NCBI GenBank assembly: GCA_965220745.1
Contig: CBDCQT010000010.1
Span: 192,001 to 256,000, forward strand
Source: Alphaproteobacteria bacterium
GTDB lineage: Bacteria; Pseudomonadota; Alphaproteobacteria; UBA828
DNA length: 64,000 bases
Direction: 5' to 3'
In this document: positions 38,806 to 50,428 of the stretch, in pieces
Numbering within the stretch: the first letter of the stretch is position 1
Layout: the number at the start of each line of letters is the position of its first letter
Notes under the pieces: generated by a model
Databases searched by the model: none
The model's input: the letters and a program-made list of their open reading frames with translations, nothing else
Told to the model about the DNA's origin: nothing
Made by a program: the position numbers and the translations under genes

Positions 38806-39837
38806 CTAAGGGCCGGCGTCCTGATTCAGGACCGCGCGGAAGGTGGCGGGATCGACATTGCCGCCGGAGAGCACGGCGACCACGGTGCGCCCGGCAGTGA
38901 CGATCTTGCCGGCAAGCACCGCCGCCAGCGCCACCGCGCCACCGGGCTCGACCACGAGCTTGAGATGCAGGAAGGCCGCCCGCATGGCAGCGCCCACCTC
39001 GGCATCGCTCACGGCTACGCCGCTGTGCACCCGCTCCACGTTGATCGGGAAGGTAAGCGCACCGGGCTTCAGAGCGAGGAGTGCGTCGCAGAAGCTCTGG
39101 CCTCGTGCACCGGAGACGCCGACGCGACGGCCCTGTTCGAACGACATGGCATGGTCATCGTAGCCCTGCGGTTCTGCGGTGTGAAGGCGGGTCTCCGGCC
39201 AGGCATCGGCGATGGCGAGCGACGTGCCGGCCATCAGACCGCCACCGCCGGCAGGCACGACCACCGCATCGGGCCGGCAGCCGAACGCTTTGCATTGCCC
39301 GACGATTTCGTGCCCGACCGTGCCCTGGCCGGCGATGACATTGAAGTCGTCATAGGGCTTGACCAGCGTCGCGCCGCGTTCCTCCGCGATCCGCTTGCCG
39401 AGCGCCTCCCGTGCCTCGGAGGCGCGGTCGTAGAGCACGATCTCGGCGCCGTGGCGTCGGGTGCCGGCGATCTTCACCTCTGGCGCGTCCCGCGGCATGA
39501 CGATGACCGCCGGCACGCCGACGAGCCTGGCCGCCGCCGCGACGGCCTGAGCGTGGTTGCCGGAGGAATAGGTGACCACGCCGCGGGCCTTGGCAGCCGG
39601 ATCGAGTTGCAGGAGCCGGTTGCAGGCCCCCCGGAACTTGAACGAGCCGGTGCGCTGAAGCGGTTCCGCCTTGAGCAGCAGGCGCCCGCCGATCAACTCG
39701 TCGAGGGCGTTGGCCCTGAGCAGTGGCGTCTCGACCGCGTGGCCGGCCAAGCGCTCCGCAGCCCCGCGCACGTCGGAAGGCTTGGGCAGCAGCTCTGACG
39801 CCGTCGTATCCGAAGCGGCACCCTGCGGGTCGCTCAC
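38806..39837 (-). CDS. Threonine/serine dehydratase (PLP)
   Basis: KAEPLQRTGSFKFRG, SSGNHAQ, GGGGL and LSGGN motifs; GTG start overlapping the slt stop. Confidence 0.92.
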   Translation of the reverse strand: MSDPQGAASDTTASELLPKPSDVRGAAERLAGHAVETPLLRANALDELIGGRLLLKAEPLQRTGSFKFRGACNRLLQLDPAAKARGVVTYSSGNHAQAVAAAARLVGVPAVIVMPRDAPEVKIAGTRRHGAEIVLYDRASEAREALGKRIAEERGATLVKPYDDFNVIAGQGTVGHEIVGQCKAFGCRPDAVVVPAGGGGLMAGTSLAIADAWPETRLHTAEPQGYDDHAMSFEQGRRVGVSGARGQSFCDALLALKPGALTFPINVERVHSGVAVSDAEVGAAMRAAFLHLKLVVEPGGAVALAAVLAGKIVTAGRTVVAVLSGGNVDPATFRAVLNQDAGP

Positions 39838-42068
39838 CGGAACCTCCGCCGCCGCCATCCTGAGCGGCGGGCCTCGCCCCGATCCGGCCGGTCGACGGGC
39901 ATGACGCCGTCGTCGGGCGAAAACCGACACAGCGCACGAAAATCGACATGGGCACCCCGCTCGCCGTTGCCGATTCGCAAGCAATGGGCATCCACGGTGC
40001 GTTGGGACATACCGCGCGCGAGGTCGTGTTCCAGACTCGACGCCGTCGGCCGCCGGCCGAGCTGCCAGCGATAAACTTGTGTTCCTTCCAGAACCCGCTG
40101 CACGTAGTTGCGGGTTTCTGAGAGCGGGATCATTTCGATCCAGTCGATGATGTCCACATCCGGGTCGTGCCGGGGATCGCCGTTCGCCGCGATCCAGCGG
40201 GCGACGTTGCGCGGCCCGCCATTATAGGCGGCGACGGCCAGCAGGTACGAACCATCGAAGCGCGCGAGCATGTCGCTCAAGTAGCGGCTGCCGAGCGCGA
40301 CATTGTGCGCGCGATTGGAGGTGAGGCGCTTGCTGGACTGGCTCAGGCCCATCTTGCGGGCCACGCTCTTTGCGGTCCGGGGCATCAGCTGCATCAAACC
40401 GAGCGCGCCTGAGCCGCTCCGTGCCAGTCGGTCGAAGCGGCTCTCCTGGCGGATCAGCGCGAGCACCAGGGCATGTTCGAGAGCGCCGTCCTCCCGTGCG
40501 AACGGCACGTTCACTAGCGGAAACAGCCGGTCGATGGAGACGTACCCGTCCCGCGCGGCCTGCTGGGCGGCACGGATCGCCTGCTCGGGCTGACCGACGG
40601 AAAGCGCAAACGCCGAAATCATGGCGTAATCCGCCTCGTTGCGCGCGAGCGTGCTCAGGCGTTTGTAGAAAGAATCCACAAGATAGTCGCGGCCGAGAAA
40701 CGTCAGGAAGCGAACGGCCGCGAACAGCGCATGGCCGTTGAGCGTCGCAGCGCCGGCGGCACCGGACGCGGCGCCGATCAGCGGCGCGTCGGATGCGGCA
40801 ATCCGGGCCATTGCGACCTGGCCATAGAAGGTGGCCGGATACGCCGCGGCCTTGCCGTACCAGAGAGCCGCCCCCTCCGGATCGCCGGACGTGTCTGCGG
40901 CCAGGCCCGTCCAATAGGCCGCGCGTGCCCGGCTGATCGGCATGGTCACCGCGCCGTACATACGCTCGAAATGGAGAAACGCACCGCGCGCGTCGTCCAG
41001 GAAACGAAGCGCGATCCACCCGGCGAGCCATTCGGCGTCGGAATAGGTCGAGGCCGCGCTCTGGCGGTGCTCGGCGGCAAGCGCATAGGCCTCATCGACC
41101 AGCCCCTCCTCCAGAGCGCGACGCGCCAGGGTGGCCCGCTCCCGCCACCAGAGCTTGGGCCGGGGGCCAAGGTCCCCTGGCGGCGTCTCCAAGAGGGCCC
41201 GGGCATCCTCGTCGCGACCCTTCTTTCGCCGCCACCGCAGCCGCTCGTAGACAAGACCTGGATGATCGCGAAGCGACTGCGGCACCCGCGCAATCGCCCG
41301 ATCTACGCCCCCGGCGTAGGCGCGCAGCGTCAGCCGTGCCTCCGCCAGCCGCTGTTGCCCCTCGCCGACATAGCGGTACATGCGCCGCGCCGCGCGGGCG
41401 TGATTGGCCCACACCAGGCGATCCAGGCGGGCGACGTGATCCTCGGGCCGCAGGTGCGCCCGGTAGCGGCGGTAGGTCTTCCGCAGCTCCCGCCCGGTGA
41501 ACCACCCCTCGACCCAAGCCTTGCGGACCAGTGCTGCCGCGCGCTTTTCCTGGCCGATGCCGAACAGGGCGTCGGCATGGCGCAGGCGGCCCTCACGGCT
41601 GATGGGATCGCGCCAGCGATACCAAGCGAGGACATCCGCATCGGAAACCCCCTTCGCCATCGCCGATTCGGCGTTGATCTGGAGCAGCCGCTGGTCCGGC
41701 CAGTCAGGATGCTCGTCGATGAACTGCGCGATGTCGGCGAAGGAAGCGCGGGTGCCCGGGCTGCTGTAGTCCCACCAGCGCAGGATCGTGGCGCCGAGGG
41801 GGTCGCTGCTCCTGCGGGCAAGGCGATGGGCACGGCTCCAGTTGTTGCGCGCGCCCGCCCTGAAGGCGTCGGCATAAAGCGCGATGTCGGCCCGCGCCAC
41901 GGCCGGCGGCATAGGCGGCGCCGGCTCCTCCTTGGCATAAGTCGGTGAACCGAAGACGATCGGCGGAAGCAAGGCCAGGGTAACGAGCACTGTCCAAATC
42001 GGCGGCGCGACGCGAGCGCGTACACGGTCCAGGAAAGCGGCGACTCGACGCGGCCTTGTTCCCAACAT
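39834..42068 (-). CDS. slt: Soluble lytic murein transglycosylase (Slt70-like)
   Basis: [24 protein letters not shown] and ETRNYV motifs; start uncertain. Confidence 0.9.
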   Translation of the reverse strand: MLGTRPRRVAAFLDRVRARVAPPIWTVLVTLALLPPIVFGSPTYAKEEPAPPMPPAVARADIALYADAFRAGARNNWSRAHRLARRSSDPLGATILRWWDYSSPGTRASFADIAQFIDEHPDWPDQRLLQINAESAMAKGVSDADVLAWYRWRDPISREGRLRHADALFGIGQEKRAAALVRKAWVEGWFTGRELRKTYRRYRAHLRPEDHVARLDRLVWANHARAARRMYRYVGEGQQRLAEARLTLRAYAGGVDRAIARVPQSLRDHPGLVYERLRWRRKKGRDEDARALLETPPGDLGPRPKLWWRERATLARRALEEGLVDEAYALAAEHRQSAASTYSDAEWLAGWIALRFLDDARGAFLHFERMYGAVTMPISRARAAYWTGLAADTSGDPEGAALWYGKAAAYPATFYGQVAMARIAASDAPLIGAASGAAGAATLNGHALFAAVRFLTFLGRDYLVDSFYKRLSTLARNEADYAMISAFALSVGQPEQAIRAAQQAARDGYVSIDRLFPLVNVPFAREDGALEHALVLALIRQESRFDRLARSGSGALGLMQLMPRTAKSVARKMGLSQSSKRLTSNRAHNVALGSRYLSDMLARFDGSYLLAVAAYNGGPRNVARWIAANGDPRHDPDVDIIDWIEMIPLSETRNYVQRVLEGTQVYRWQLGRRPTASSLEHDLARGMSQRTVDAHCLRIGNGERGAHVDFRALCRFSPDDGVMPVDRPDRGEARRSGWRRRRFR

Positions 42069-42120
42069 GCTGCCAACCTATTCTCGCCGAAGCCGCAATG
42101 CACGACCGTGGGAGCGTGTC

Positions 42121-42996
42121 ATGTTCCAGGGATATCTGACGGCCCTGATCACGCCGTTCCGCAATGGCGAAGTGGATGAAGACGCCTACCGTGATTTCGT
42201 CGACTGGCAAATCGAGGAGGGCGCCGCCGGGCTCGTGCCCTGCGGAACCACGGGTGAATCGCCGACCCTCAGCCACGAGGAACACCACCGGGTGACCGAG
42301 ATCTGCATCGAGGTCGCGGCGGGACGGGTTCCGGTCGTGGCCGGCACGGGCTCGAACTCGACCGAAGAGGCGATCAGCCTCACCCGTCACGCCAAGGACG
42401 CCGGCGCAGACGGCGCGCTGCTCGTCATGCCCTATTACAACAAGCCGACGCAAGAGGGGATGTACGCCCACTACAAGGCGGTCAACGACGCCGTGGACAT
42501 CCCGCAAATCATCTACAACATCCCCGGCCGGAGCGTGGTGGACATGTCGGTCGAGACCATGGCCCGCCTCGCCGAGCTCCCCAACGTCGTGGGCGTGAAG
42601 GACGCGACCGCCGACCTGGCCCGGCCCACGCGCACCAGGAACACCATCGGCGAGGAGTTCTGTCAGCTCTCGGGCGAGGACGGGACGATCCTGGGCTTCC
42701 TGGCTCAGGGCGGCGACGGCTGCATCTCGGTGACTGCGAACGTAGCCCCGCGCCAGTGCGCGGGCTTCTTCGCCGCGTGGGATCGCGGCGATGCCGCCGA
42801 GGCGCTGGATCGGCACACCCAGCTGATGCCGCTCCACGACACGCTCTTCGTCGAGAGCAATCCGATCCCGGTCAAGTATGCCGCGTCGCTGCTCGGCAAG
42901 TGCGAGCCGGAGGTGAGGCTGCCGCTGACCTCCCCCAGCGAGGCAAACCGCGAGCGGATCGAATCGGCGATGCGCCGGGCTGGCCTCCTCAACTGA
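42121..42996 (+). CDS. dapA: 4-hydroxy-tetrahydrodipicolinate synthase
   Basis: [27 protein letters not shown] and SNPIPVK motifs. Confidence 0.96.
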   Translation: MFQGYLTALITPFRNGEVDEDAYRDFVDWQIEEGAAGLVPCGTTGESPTLSHEEHHRVTEICIEVAAGRVPVVAGTGSNSTEEAISLTRHAKDAGADGALLVMPYYNKPTQEGMYAHYKAVNDAVDIPQIIYNIPGRSVVDMSVETMARLAELPNVVGVKDATADLARPTRTRNTIGEEFCQLSGEDGTILGFLAQGGDGCISVTANVAPRQCAGFFAAWDRGDAAEALDRHTQLMPLHDTLFVESNPIPVKYAASLLGKCEPEVRLPLTSPSEANRERIESAMRRAGLLN

Positions 42997-43036
42997 GTAC
43001 GGCACCGGGGCAACGCCCCGCGGCCCACCCCATCCG

Positions 43037-43510
43037 ATGAGCGGCAACACCGCGCCCGGCGGCAAACGAATCGCGCAGAATCGCAAGGCGCGCCGCGACT
43101 ATCATCTTGAGCGTCCCTTCGAGGTCGGCATCCGGCTCACCGGGACCGAGGTCAAGTCGCTCCGGGCGGGGCGGGCCAACATCAACGATGCCTACGCCAC
43201 CGAACGCGGCGGCGAGGTGTTTCTGATCAACGCTCACATCGCCCAATACGACGGCGCCGGCCCGTTCAATCACGACCCCCTGCGGCCGCGAAAGCTGCTG
43301 CTGCACAAGCGGGAGATACGCAAGCTGGTGGGGGCGCTGCGCCGCGGTGGCGTGACCCTGGTCCCGCTGGCGCTCTACTTCAACGAGCGCGGTATCGCCA
43401 AGGTGGCGCTCGCCATGGCCTCGGGCAAGCGCAAGTACGACAAGCGCGCCGCCGAGAAGGAGCGTGACTGGAAGCGCCAGAAGGAACGGCTGGTCCGCGA
43501 ACGCGGATAG
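43037..43510 (+). CDS. smpB: SsrA-binding protein
   Basis: NRKARRDY, GTEVKSLR, RKLLLHKREI and GKRKYDKR motifs. Confidence 0.97.
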   Translation: MSGNTAPGGKRIAQNRKARRDYHLERPFEVGIRLTGTEVKSLRAGRANINDAYATERGGEVFLINAHIAQYDGAGPFNHDPLRPRKLLLHKREIRKLVGALRRGGVTLVPLALYFNERGIAKVALAMASGKRKYDKRAAEKERDWKRQKERLVRERG

Positions 43511-43524
43511 AAAAATTTGCCGCC

Positions 43525-44187
43525 TCAGGCGCGGGCCTCGCCCAACACATCCCGAATTGCGGCGAAGACATCGGCGAACATCGCCGGCGTGAGACGGCCC
43601 GTGTTCGTGTTGAGGCGCGAGCAATGGTAGCTGTCGAACAGACTGTGCCTGTCGTCCAGGTTATGGACTGCGCCGTGGACAAAGCGATGGCTGCCGGTGC
43701 GGAACCCCTGCGACCTCAGCACCGCGCCGTGGGCGACCAATCCCAGCGCGAGGATCGCCCGAAGCCGTGTCATCGCCGCGATCTCGGCCGTGAGGAACTG
43801 ACGGCACGCCGCGATTTCCGCCCCCTTCGGCTGATTCTGCGGCGGGACGCAGCGAACCGCATTGGTGATCCGGCAATCGTGCAGCGTGAGGCCATCGGCG
43901 GCGTGAGCGCCGTAGGCACCGCGGGCGAAGCCGAAATCGCCGAGGGTGGCGTAAAGCAGGTCGCCGGCGAAGTCGCCAGTGAAGGGCCGGCCAGTGCGAT
44001 TAGCCCCGCGCAGGCCGGGCGCGAGACCGACAATCAACAGTCGCGCATTAAGTCCACCGAAGCTCGTCACCGGTGCATTGTGCCAGTCCGGCTCGGCAGC
44101 CCTATGACCTTCACGAAAAGCGGCGAGTCGCGGGCACAGATCGCAGTCCCGGTCCGGTGCACGCGGAGCCGGCACCGGCGTGTTCAC
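43525..44187 (-). CDS. Uracil-DNA glycosylase (family 5 type, Fe-S)
   Basis: CDLCPRL, GLAPGLRGANRTGRPFTGD, RCVPPQN and YHCSR motifs. Confidence 0.92.
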   Translation of the reverse strand: MNTPVPAPRAPDRDCDLCPRLAAFREGHRAAEPDWHNAPVTSFGGLNARLLIVGLAPGLRGANRTGRPFTGDFAGDLLYATLGDFGFARGAYGAHAADGLTLHDCRITNAVRCVPPQNQPKGAEIAACRQFLTAEIAAMTRLRAILALGLVAHGAVLRSQGFRTGSHRFVHGAVHNLDDRHSLFDSYHCSRLNTNTGRLTPAMFADVFAAIRDVLGEARA

Positions 44188-44831
44188 GCCGTGTGCGCGA
44201 CCTCGTCGGCCATCTCGTCCTCCTCGCCCTCTTCGCCGTACCCCTCGTACTCGTCCTCCATCGGCTCCCTCAGGGTCCGGGCACGTTCGTGCCGCCACTT
44301 CGGCTCGCGCGCGATCACGGGCTCGAGCTCCTGCAGCTCGATGAAGGTGTCGGCTTGTCGGCGGAGTTCGTCGGCAATCATCGGGGGCTGCGAGCGGATC
44401 GTGCTGACAACCGATACCCGCACACCCTTGCGCTGGACGGCCTCGGTCACACGACGGAAATCGCCATCGCCCGAGAACAGCACGATGTGGTCGAGGACGT
44501 CGGCCAGCTCCATCATATCGACTGCAATTTCGATATCCATGTCGCCCTTGACCTTGCGGCGACCCAAGGAATCGGTGAACTCCTTGGTCGGCTTCGTGAT
44601 CAAGGTGTAGCCGTTGTAGTCGAGCCAATCGACCAGCGGCCGGATCGGCGAATACTCCTGATCCTCGATGAGGGCCGTGTAATAGAGAGCGCGGATGAGC
44701 CGGGCCTTGCCCGCGAACTCCTCTCGCAAGCGCTTGTAGTCAATGTCGAATCCGAGCGAACGGGCCGCGGCGTAGAGATTTGCGCCGTCAATAAAGAGGC
44801 CGATCCGCTCTTGCGGGTTGAAATCCATCAA
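44184..44831 (-). CDS. NYN domain (LabA/DUF88) protein
   Basis: FIDGANL, KGDMDIEIAVD, SGDGDF and ELRRQAD motifs. Confidence 0.93.
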   Translation of the reverse strand: MMDFNPQERIGLFIDGANLYAAARSLGFDIDYKRLREEFAGKARLIRALYYTALIEDQEYSPIRPLVDWLDYNGYTLITKPTKEFTDSLGRRKVKGDMDIEIAVDMMELADVLDHIVLFSGDGDFRRVTEAVQRKGVRVSVVSTIRSQPPMIADELRRQADTFIELQELEPVIAREPKWRHERARTLREPMEDEYEGYGEEGEEDEMADEVAHTA

Positions 44832-44991
44832 GTTCTATCCTTCTCGGTCAGGTAAGGCAGAATACCGGAGAGCATGCCGTTGCTGCGTGGCGCATCTCTC
44901 CGTCGCCCACGAAGTCGCGGGCGCTCGGCACGCGCGCCATAACTAGGGATTATCGGAGAGCGGGACAAGTGCAAGAGTACGTTTCGTCACA

Positions 44992-45519
44992 ATGATTCTG
45001 GTTGCACTCGGTGCGAACCTCGCAAGCGCGCGCCATGGCACGCCGGCCGAGGGGCTGGACGCAGCGCTCGATGCGCTTGCCGCGCGCGGAATCCTTCCCG
45101 TTGCGCGGTCGCGGTGGTACCGCAGCGCGCCGGTTCCACCCGCGCAAGGCCCCTGGTTCGTCAACGGCGTGGTCCGGGTCGAAACGACGCTCTCCCCCGT
45201 TCCGCTCATGGCGCACCTCCTTGCCGTCGAAGCGGCGTTCGGACGACGGCGGAGCATTGCCGGCGCGGACCGTCCCCTCGACCTCGATCTCCTGGACTAC
45301 GATGGCCAGGTCGTCCACCACGCCGCCAGCGACGGCGGACCGGCACTCAGCCTCCCTCACCCCAGTCTTGCGGAACGCGCGTTCGTGCTGGCACCGCTCA
45401 TTGAGGTGGCCCCCGACTGGCGGCATCCGGTGAGCGGCGCCACCGCGGCATCTCTGCTCGCCGTGGTGGCGGGGGATCAGACCATCGAGCCGCTTTCGCC
45501 TGCCCCAACCGGCGCGTGA
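44992..45519 (+). CDS. folK: 2-amino-4-hydroxy-6-hydroxymethyldihydropteridine diphosphokinase
   Basis: ALGANL, FVNGV, RPLDLDLL and PHP..ERAFVL.PL motifs. Confidence 0.94.
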   Translation: MILVALGANLASARHGTPAEGLDAALDALAARGILPVARSRWYRSAPVPPAQGPWFVNGVVRVETTLSPVPLMAHLLAVEAAFGRRRSIAGADRPLDLDLLDYDGQVVHHAASDGGPALSLPHPSLAERAFVLAPLIEVAPDWRHPVSGATAASLLAVVAGDQTIEPLSPAPTGA

Positions 45520-45735
45520 CTGCGCCGGCGCTCCGGTAGCGAACCGCCCACAATCGGACGCCGCGACCGCCCGATCGCAAAATCGCATATTGATTTGATC
45601 ATTTTCGATAGCGAGAGATATCATGGCCCGGCCGCGGACGGCGGCCCGCTAGGGCGGAGGCGGCGGCTTCCGACGAGGGCTCTGCAATCGCGTCGGCTGA
45701 GCCTTCAGCAGCTGGCGCTACGGTCGAAGGACGGA

Positions 45736-47040
45736 ATGCGAAGACTACTGGCAGCCGGCATTGCCGGCTTGATGATGATTTCCCTCCCGGCGATTACGCT
45801 CGCCGACGAGGACCAGGAAACCTATGAGCAGCTCGATCTGTTCGGCGACATTCTCGAACGAATACGGGACGAGTATGTCGAGGAAGTAAGCACGTCCGAC
45901 CTGATCGATGCCGCCATCGAGGGCATGATCGGCTCGCTCGACCCCCATTCGAAGTACCATAACCCCAAGAGCTACAAGGAAGTCCAGGTTCAGGCGCGGG
46001 GTGAGTTCGGCGGCCTCGGCATCGAGGTGACGATGGAGAACGGCCTCGTCAAGGTGATCGCGCCGATCGACGACACGCCCGCGCAGCGTGCCGGAATCGA
46101 GGCGGGGGACCTGGTGACCCATCTCGACGACGAACCGGTGCTCGGTCTCACCCTCCAGCAGGCGGTCGACAGGATGCGCGGCCCCGCCAACTCCGAGATC
46201 ACGCTCACCGTCCGCCGCAGAGGGGTGGAGGAGGATCTGACGTTTCCGATCACCCGCGCGATCATCAAAATTCGTTCGGTGCGCGCGCGGGTAGTGGATG
46301 ACGAGATCATCCTCGCGCGGATCTCGACGTTCTCCGAGCACACGTCCGACGATCTCGAGGGAACACTAGGCGACCTGTGGGACGAGCAGGGCGATCAGGT
46401 GCTCGGCGCCGTGCTTGACCTGCGCAACAATCCCGGAGGCCTTCTCGATCAGGCGATTGCGGTCTCGGATGCGTTCCTGGAACGGGGTGAAATCGTATCG
46501 ACCAGGGGTCGGGACCCCGACAGCATTCTGCGCTTCAACGCGCGCCAAGGAGACATCATCGACGGCCTGCCGCTGGTCGTGCTGATCAACAGCGGGACGG
46601 CCTCGGCCTCAGAGATCGTGGCCGGTGCGCTGCAGGATCACGGGCGGGCACTACTCCTCGGCACCCGCTCGTTCGGCAAGGGCTCGGTGCAGACGGTGCT
46701 TCCCCTCAGCGGGCGCGGCGCACTGCGGCTTACCACGGCGCGCTACTTCACGCCGTCCGGCCGCTCGATCCAGGAACAGGGGATCGACCCCGATATCGTC
46801 GTGGAGCAGATTCGGCCCGAGCCCGAGCCCGAGGCTGACGCGGTGCCTGAACGGCGGGAAGAGGACCTGCGGGGCCATCTCGACAATGACGGGTCGGATG
46901 TCGAGGACGAAGTTGACCCGGTGACTGAGGAGGCTGCCCAGGTTGAGGACGACCCGGCGGATGGCGACTATCAGCTGGCCCGCGCGATCGAGCAGCTGCG
47001 CGGCTTCCACGTCCTCTCGGGCAGAGCGATCGTAAACTGA
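45736..47040 (+). CDS. ctpA: C-terminal processing protease (S41, CtpA-like)
   Basis: [31 protein letters not shown] and FGKGSVQ motifs. Confidence 0.93.
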   Translation: MRRLLAAGIAGLMMISLPAITLADEDQETYEQLDLFGDILERIRDEYVEEVSTSDLIDAAIEGMIGSLDPHSKYHNPKSYKEVQVQARGEFGGLGIEVTMENGLVKVIAPIDDTPAQRAGIEAGDLVTHLDDEPVLGLTLQQAVDRMRGPANSEITLTVRRRGVEEDLTFPITRAIIKIRSVRARVVDDEIILARISTFSEHTSDDLEGTLGDLWDEQGDQVLGAVLDLRNNPGGLLDQAIAVSDAFLERGEIVSTRGRDPDSILRFNARQGDIIDGLPLVVLINSGTASASEIVAGALQDHGRALLLGTRSFGKGSVQTVLPLSGRGALRLTTARYFTPSGRSIQEQGIDPDIVVEQIRPEPEPEADAVPERREEDLRGHLDNDGSDVEDEVDPVTEEAAQVEDDPADGDYQLARAIEQLRGFHVLSGRAIVN

Positions 47041-47074
47041 GCCGGTACGCGCGTCGGCCCCATCTCCGGGTGAC

Positions 47075-47587
47075 ATGAATAGTCTCGACGGGCTCCCCTA
47101 TCGGCCCTGTGTCGGCGTGCTGTTGTTCAACGCACGGCGGCAAGTCTTCGTCGGACAGCGCATCGACATGGTGCAGGAAGCCTGGCAGATGCCGCAGGGC
47201 GGCATCGACCGGGGCGAGGACCCGCGCGATACGGCGCTAAGGGAGCTTGAGGAAGAGACCGGCGTCAGACCCGACAAGGTGGAGCTTGTCGCGGAAACGC
47301 GGGAATGGCTGCGCTACGACTTGCCGCCAAACCTGGTAAACCGCGTTTGGCGCGGGCGCTACCGGGGCCAGGAGCAGAAATGGTTCGCCGCGTGCTTCCT
47401 CGGCACCGATGCCGACATCGATATCAATACGTCGCATCCCGAGTTCAGCGACTGGCGCTGGTCTCCCGTCGACGAAATCGCCGCGAACGCGGTTTCCTTC
47501 AAGCGGGCGCTCTACGAAGCGGTGATTGCTGAGTTCCGGCCGTTTCTTTCGCCCGCGCCCGCACCAGACGGCGGACATAAAGCCTGA
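47075..47587 (+). CDS. rppH: RNA pyrophosphohydrolase
   Basis: [21 protein letters not shown] Nudix box and GQEQKWF motifs. Confidence 0.94.
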   Translation: MNSLDGLPYRPCVGVLLFNARRQVFVGQRIDMVQEAWQMPQGGIDRGEDPRDTALRELEEETGVRPDKVELVAETREWLRYDLPPNLVNRVWRGRYRGQEQKWFAACFLGTDADIDINTSHPEFSDWRWSPVDEIAANAVSFKRALYEAVIAEFRPFLSPAPAPDGGHKA

Positions 47588-48362
47588 GCGCAAGCCAAGT
47601 CAGCGCCGCGATAATTCTTCCCAGCCGTCCCTGCGGCTTGATGCCGACCGCCTTCAAAGTCATGCCAACGCCGCGCTGAACGTGATCCCGCCGGTAGAGC
47701 GGTAGCGTGCGCGCCGCATAAGCGAGGGTGGCGCGTCGGCGAACGTAGGGATCGGGCTCTCCGGCACCGGAGTGATAGGCGTAGGAGAGCTCGTCGTCGG
47801 TCGACTCGAATAGACGGCCGAGCGCCACCTTGGCGCGCGCGAGCCGGCCGACGCCCTCGATATCCCGATAGCGCTTCATGGTGGTGTAGAAGAGCTTGTA
47901 GTGGCGGAACTCGTCGCCCGCGATCCGCTTGCAGATCGCCTTGAAGACCGGTTCTTCGGCGGCGTCGCGCAGCGCACTGTAGTAGGTGGACGTGCCGACC
48001 TCGACGATGCAGCGCGCCACCATCTCGGCGCAGCGTGACCCCCGGATCGATTCGCTCGCCTCCACGTCGATGGGATGGCCCGCGACGAAGCGGGCGAAGG
48101 TCGCATCGAAGTCGAACGAGGGGTCCGCGAGCTCGGCGTAGCGGCGCAGGACCGCGCCGTGCTGGACCTCCTCCTCCGCCCACGCAAGCGCGTCGGCGCA
48201 GAAGCCGGGATCGTCGTGAAACACGCCGCAGAGATACTTGCCGTAGTCGGCGCTGTGGTGCTCGACCATGCACGCGGCCTTGGCAATCTTGACCATCTCC
48301 GGGTCGAGCTTCGACCGGTCGAACTGGTCCCAAGGGATGTCGTCAAGGGTCCAGTGGCCCAT
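47499..48362 (-). CDS. Ferritin-like di-iron domain protein
   Basis: WAEEEVQHG and DEFRH ExxH pairs; WTLDDIPW N-terminus. Confidence 0.82.
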   Translation of the reverse strand: MGHWTLDDIPWDQFDRSKLDPEMVKIAKAACMVEHHSADYGKYLCGVFHDDPGFCADALAWAEEEVQHGAVLRRYAELADPSFDFDATFARFVAGHPIDVEASESIRGSRCAEMVARCIVEVGTSTYYSALRDAAEEPVFKAICKRIAGDEFRHYKLFYTTMKRYRDIEGVGRLARAKVALGRLFESTDDELSYAYHSGAGEPDPYVRRRATLAYAARTLPLYRRDHVQRGVGMTLKAVGIKPQGRLGRIIAALTWLALRLYVRRLVRARAKETAGTQQSPLRRAPA

Positions 48363-48468
48363 GGTCCGCGTCCTGGATTAAGACGATTCAACGGTCCCGC
48401 ATAATAGCACGTGCAGGCCGAATGTCGCTAAGGACGGAATCGATTTCATATCCTGCTTGACGGCTCAT

Positions 48469-48491
48469 AACCTTTATTCAAAATACATCTT
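48469..48491 (+). promoter_or_regulatory. NsrR-box-like operator upstream of nirK
   Basis: AACCTTTATTCAAAATACATCTT, with a clean ATACATCTT half-site of the NsrR inverted repeat; TTGACG just upstream. Confidence 0.6.
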
Positions 48492-48605
48492 TTAGGTGCC
48501 CACGGGTTGTCTCAGCGGCCCATCGAATGGGTTGAGGCAGGGCCGATCCGATCCGGGCGCATTGAATACATGCGATGAGGCAACAGCGGATAGGAGGGTA
48601 CAGCC

Positions 48606-49715
48606 ATGCTACACGTGAACAGACGTGACGTTCTTAAGATGGGTGGCGCGCTAGGCGCTGCCTCGGCCGCAACCCCGGTCATGGTGGCGTCGGCCAGCGA
48701 CGCGGACGTCAGCGGCCTCCCCAGGGTCAAGCAGGAGCTCGTCGCTCCGCCCTTCGTTCCGGCCCATGAGCAGGTTGCCACGGACGGACCGAAGATCATC
48801 GAGGTGGAGCTCACCGCCACCGAGGACAAACGCGAAATCGACGACGACGGCACCATGCTCAACACGCTGTCGTTCAACGGCTCGATCCCAGGGCCGCTGA
48901 TGATCTGCCACGAGGGCGACTACATCGAGCTCACGCTGAAGAACCCGGCGAGCAACATCTTCGAGCACAACATCGACTTCCACGCGTCGACCGGCGCGCT
49001 CGGCGGCGGCGGGCTCACGCTCATCTCGCCCGGCGAGCAGGTCAAGCTGCGCTGGAAGGCGACCAAGGCCGGCACCTACATCTACCACTGCGCGCCGGGC
49101 GGAACGATGATCCCCTTCCATGTCGTCTCCGGCATGAATGGGGCGGTGATGGTGCTGCCGCGCGACGGCCTCAAGGACCGTCACGGTAACCCGCTCCGCT
49201 ACGACCGGGCCTATTACATCGGCGAGCAGGACTTCTACGTGCCCCGCGACGCCGATGGCGAATTTATCGACTACGTCGACCACACCGAGGGCATGTCCGA
49301 CATGTTCGACGTGATGCAGACACTCACGCCGAGCCACGTCGTGCTGAACGGCCGGGTCGGCGCGCTCACCGGCGACAACGCGATGACGGCGAACGTCGGC
49401 GAGTCGGTGCTGTTCATCCACTCCCAGGCCAACCGCGATTCCAGACCGCACCTGATCGGCGGCCACGGCGACTACGTCTGGGAGCAGGGCTCGTTCGTCG
49501 ACCCACCGGCGGAAGGGCTCGAGACCTGGTTCATCCGGGGCGGCTCCGCCGGTGCCGCGCTCTATACCTTCAGGCAGTCGGGAGCCTACGTGTATCTCTC
49601 CCACAACCTGATCGAGGCGGTTCAACTGGGCTGTCTCGGCGTCGTCGTCGTCGAGGGCGAGTGGGACCACGACCTGATGACGCAGGTCCAGCCGCCGACC
49701 GTGATGACGGCCTAG
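48606..49715 (+). CDS. nirK: Copper-containing nitrite reductase
   Basis: Tat signal RRDVLK; [29 protein letters not shown] and SHNLIEA copper/catalytic motifs. Confidence 0.95.
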   Translation: MLHVNRRDVLKMGGALGAASAATPVMVASASDADVSGLPRVKQELVAPPFVPAHEQVATDGPKIIEVELTATEDKREIDDDGTMLNTLSFNGSIPGPLMICHEGDYIELTLKNPASNIFEHNIDFHASTGALGGGGLTLISPGEQVKLRWKATKAGTYIYHCAPGGTMIPFHVVSGMNGAVMVLPRDGLKDRHGNPLRYDRAYYIGEQDFYVPRDADGEFIDYVDHTEGMSDMFDVMQTLTPSHVVLNGRVGALTGDNAMTANVGESVLFIHSQANRDSRPHLIGGHGDYVWEQGSFVDPPAEGLETWFIRGGSAGAALYTFRQSGAYVYLSHNLIEAVQLGCLGVVVVEGEWDHDLMTQVQPPTVMTA

Positions 49716-49730
49716 ATCCTCCCGCACACT

Positions 49731-49768
49731 GGCTGCTCCCGGTTCTCCGGGAGCGGCCGATTTCTTTG
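49731..49768 (+). terminator. Rho-independent terminator of nirK
   Basis: GGCTGCTCCCGG-TTCT-CCGGGAGCGGCC followed by GATTTCTTT. Confidence 0.75.
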
Positions 49769-49833
49769 TCTGTTAGTTTGAGCTTTCGTAGTACGGGATT
49801 CATAACGGGGTTCGCGGCTCGCGAACGGTCCCC

Positions 49834-50316
49834 CTATCTCCCGGTCGCACCCGCTCCTTGCGACACGAGTCTGCGTTCTTCCCTTGCTGCGAAGATGCGC
49901 CGGAACACCGGCGCCGGCTTCAGCATGTCTTCCAGCGTGTACTGATCGAGCACGCCGAAAAAGGCTTGCAGGCCCTCCTCGAGAACCCCGGTCAAACGGC
50001 ATGGACCGGCGATCGGGCACGTGTTCTTCTCCCGACCGGCGAAGCACTCGACCAGCTGAAAGTTCCCTTCGGTGGCGCGGATGACCTCGCCCAGATTGAT
50101 CTCGCTCGCCGGCATCGCGAGCTCCAGGCCGCCGTTCTTGCCTCGGGTCGTCGTGATGTATCCCTCCTGACCCAGCTGATGGATCAGCTTCATCAGGTGG
50201 TTCTCGGAAATTCCGTAGGCATCGGAGATTTCCCGGATCGTGCAGCGCCGGTGGCGGTTGAGACCCAGGTAGATGAGGGCTCTCAAGCAATAGTCGCTGT
50301 ATTTCGTCAGCTGCAT
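49834..50316 (-). CDS. nsrR: Rrf2 family NO-sensing regulator
   Basis: MQLTKYSDY.LR.L.YL, SENHLMK, RGKNGG and VECF...NTCPIAGPCRL (three Cys); adjacent to nirK. Confidence 0.85.
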   Translation of the reverse strand: MQLTKYSDYCLRALIYLGLNRHRRCTIREISDAYGISENHLMKLIHQLGQEGYITTTRGKNGGLELAMPASEINLGEVIRATEGNFQLVECFAGREKNTCPIAGPCRLTGVLEEGLQAFFGVLDQYTLEDMLKPAPVFRRIFAAREERRLVSQGAGATGR

Positions 50317-50348
50317 GTAACCGACCTCATCGGTGCGGGCATCGATTT

Positions 50349-50428
50349 TAGCCCGCATCTCTCGCCAGGGTCACGGCCTGCGTCGCGCCCAGGCGTTCGA
50401 TCCGCCAGGAGCGGGCCGAAAAGCGTAT
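50349..50428. repeat. Partial second copy of the MITE (one end, ~80 bp)
   Basis: TAGCCCGCATCTCTCGCCAGGGTCACGGCCTGCGTCGCGCCCAGGCGTTCGATCCGCCAGGAGCGGGCCGAAAAGCGTAT aligns with the reverse complement of 29403-29482. Confidence 0.85.

Noticed and set aside
43037-43525. tmRNA gene or prophage next to smpB
   Set aside because: No intergenic space and no tmRNA features
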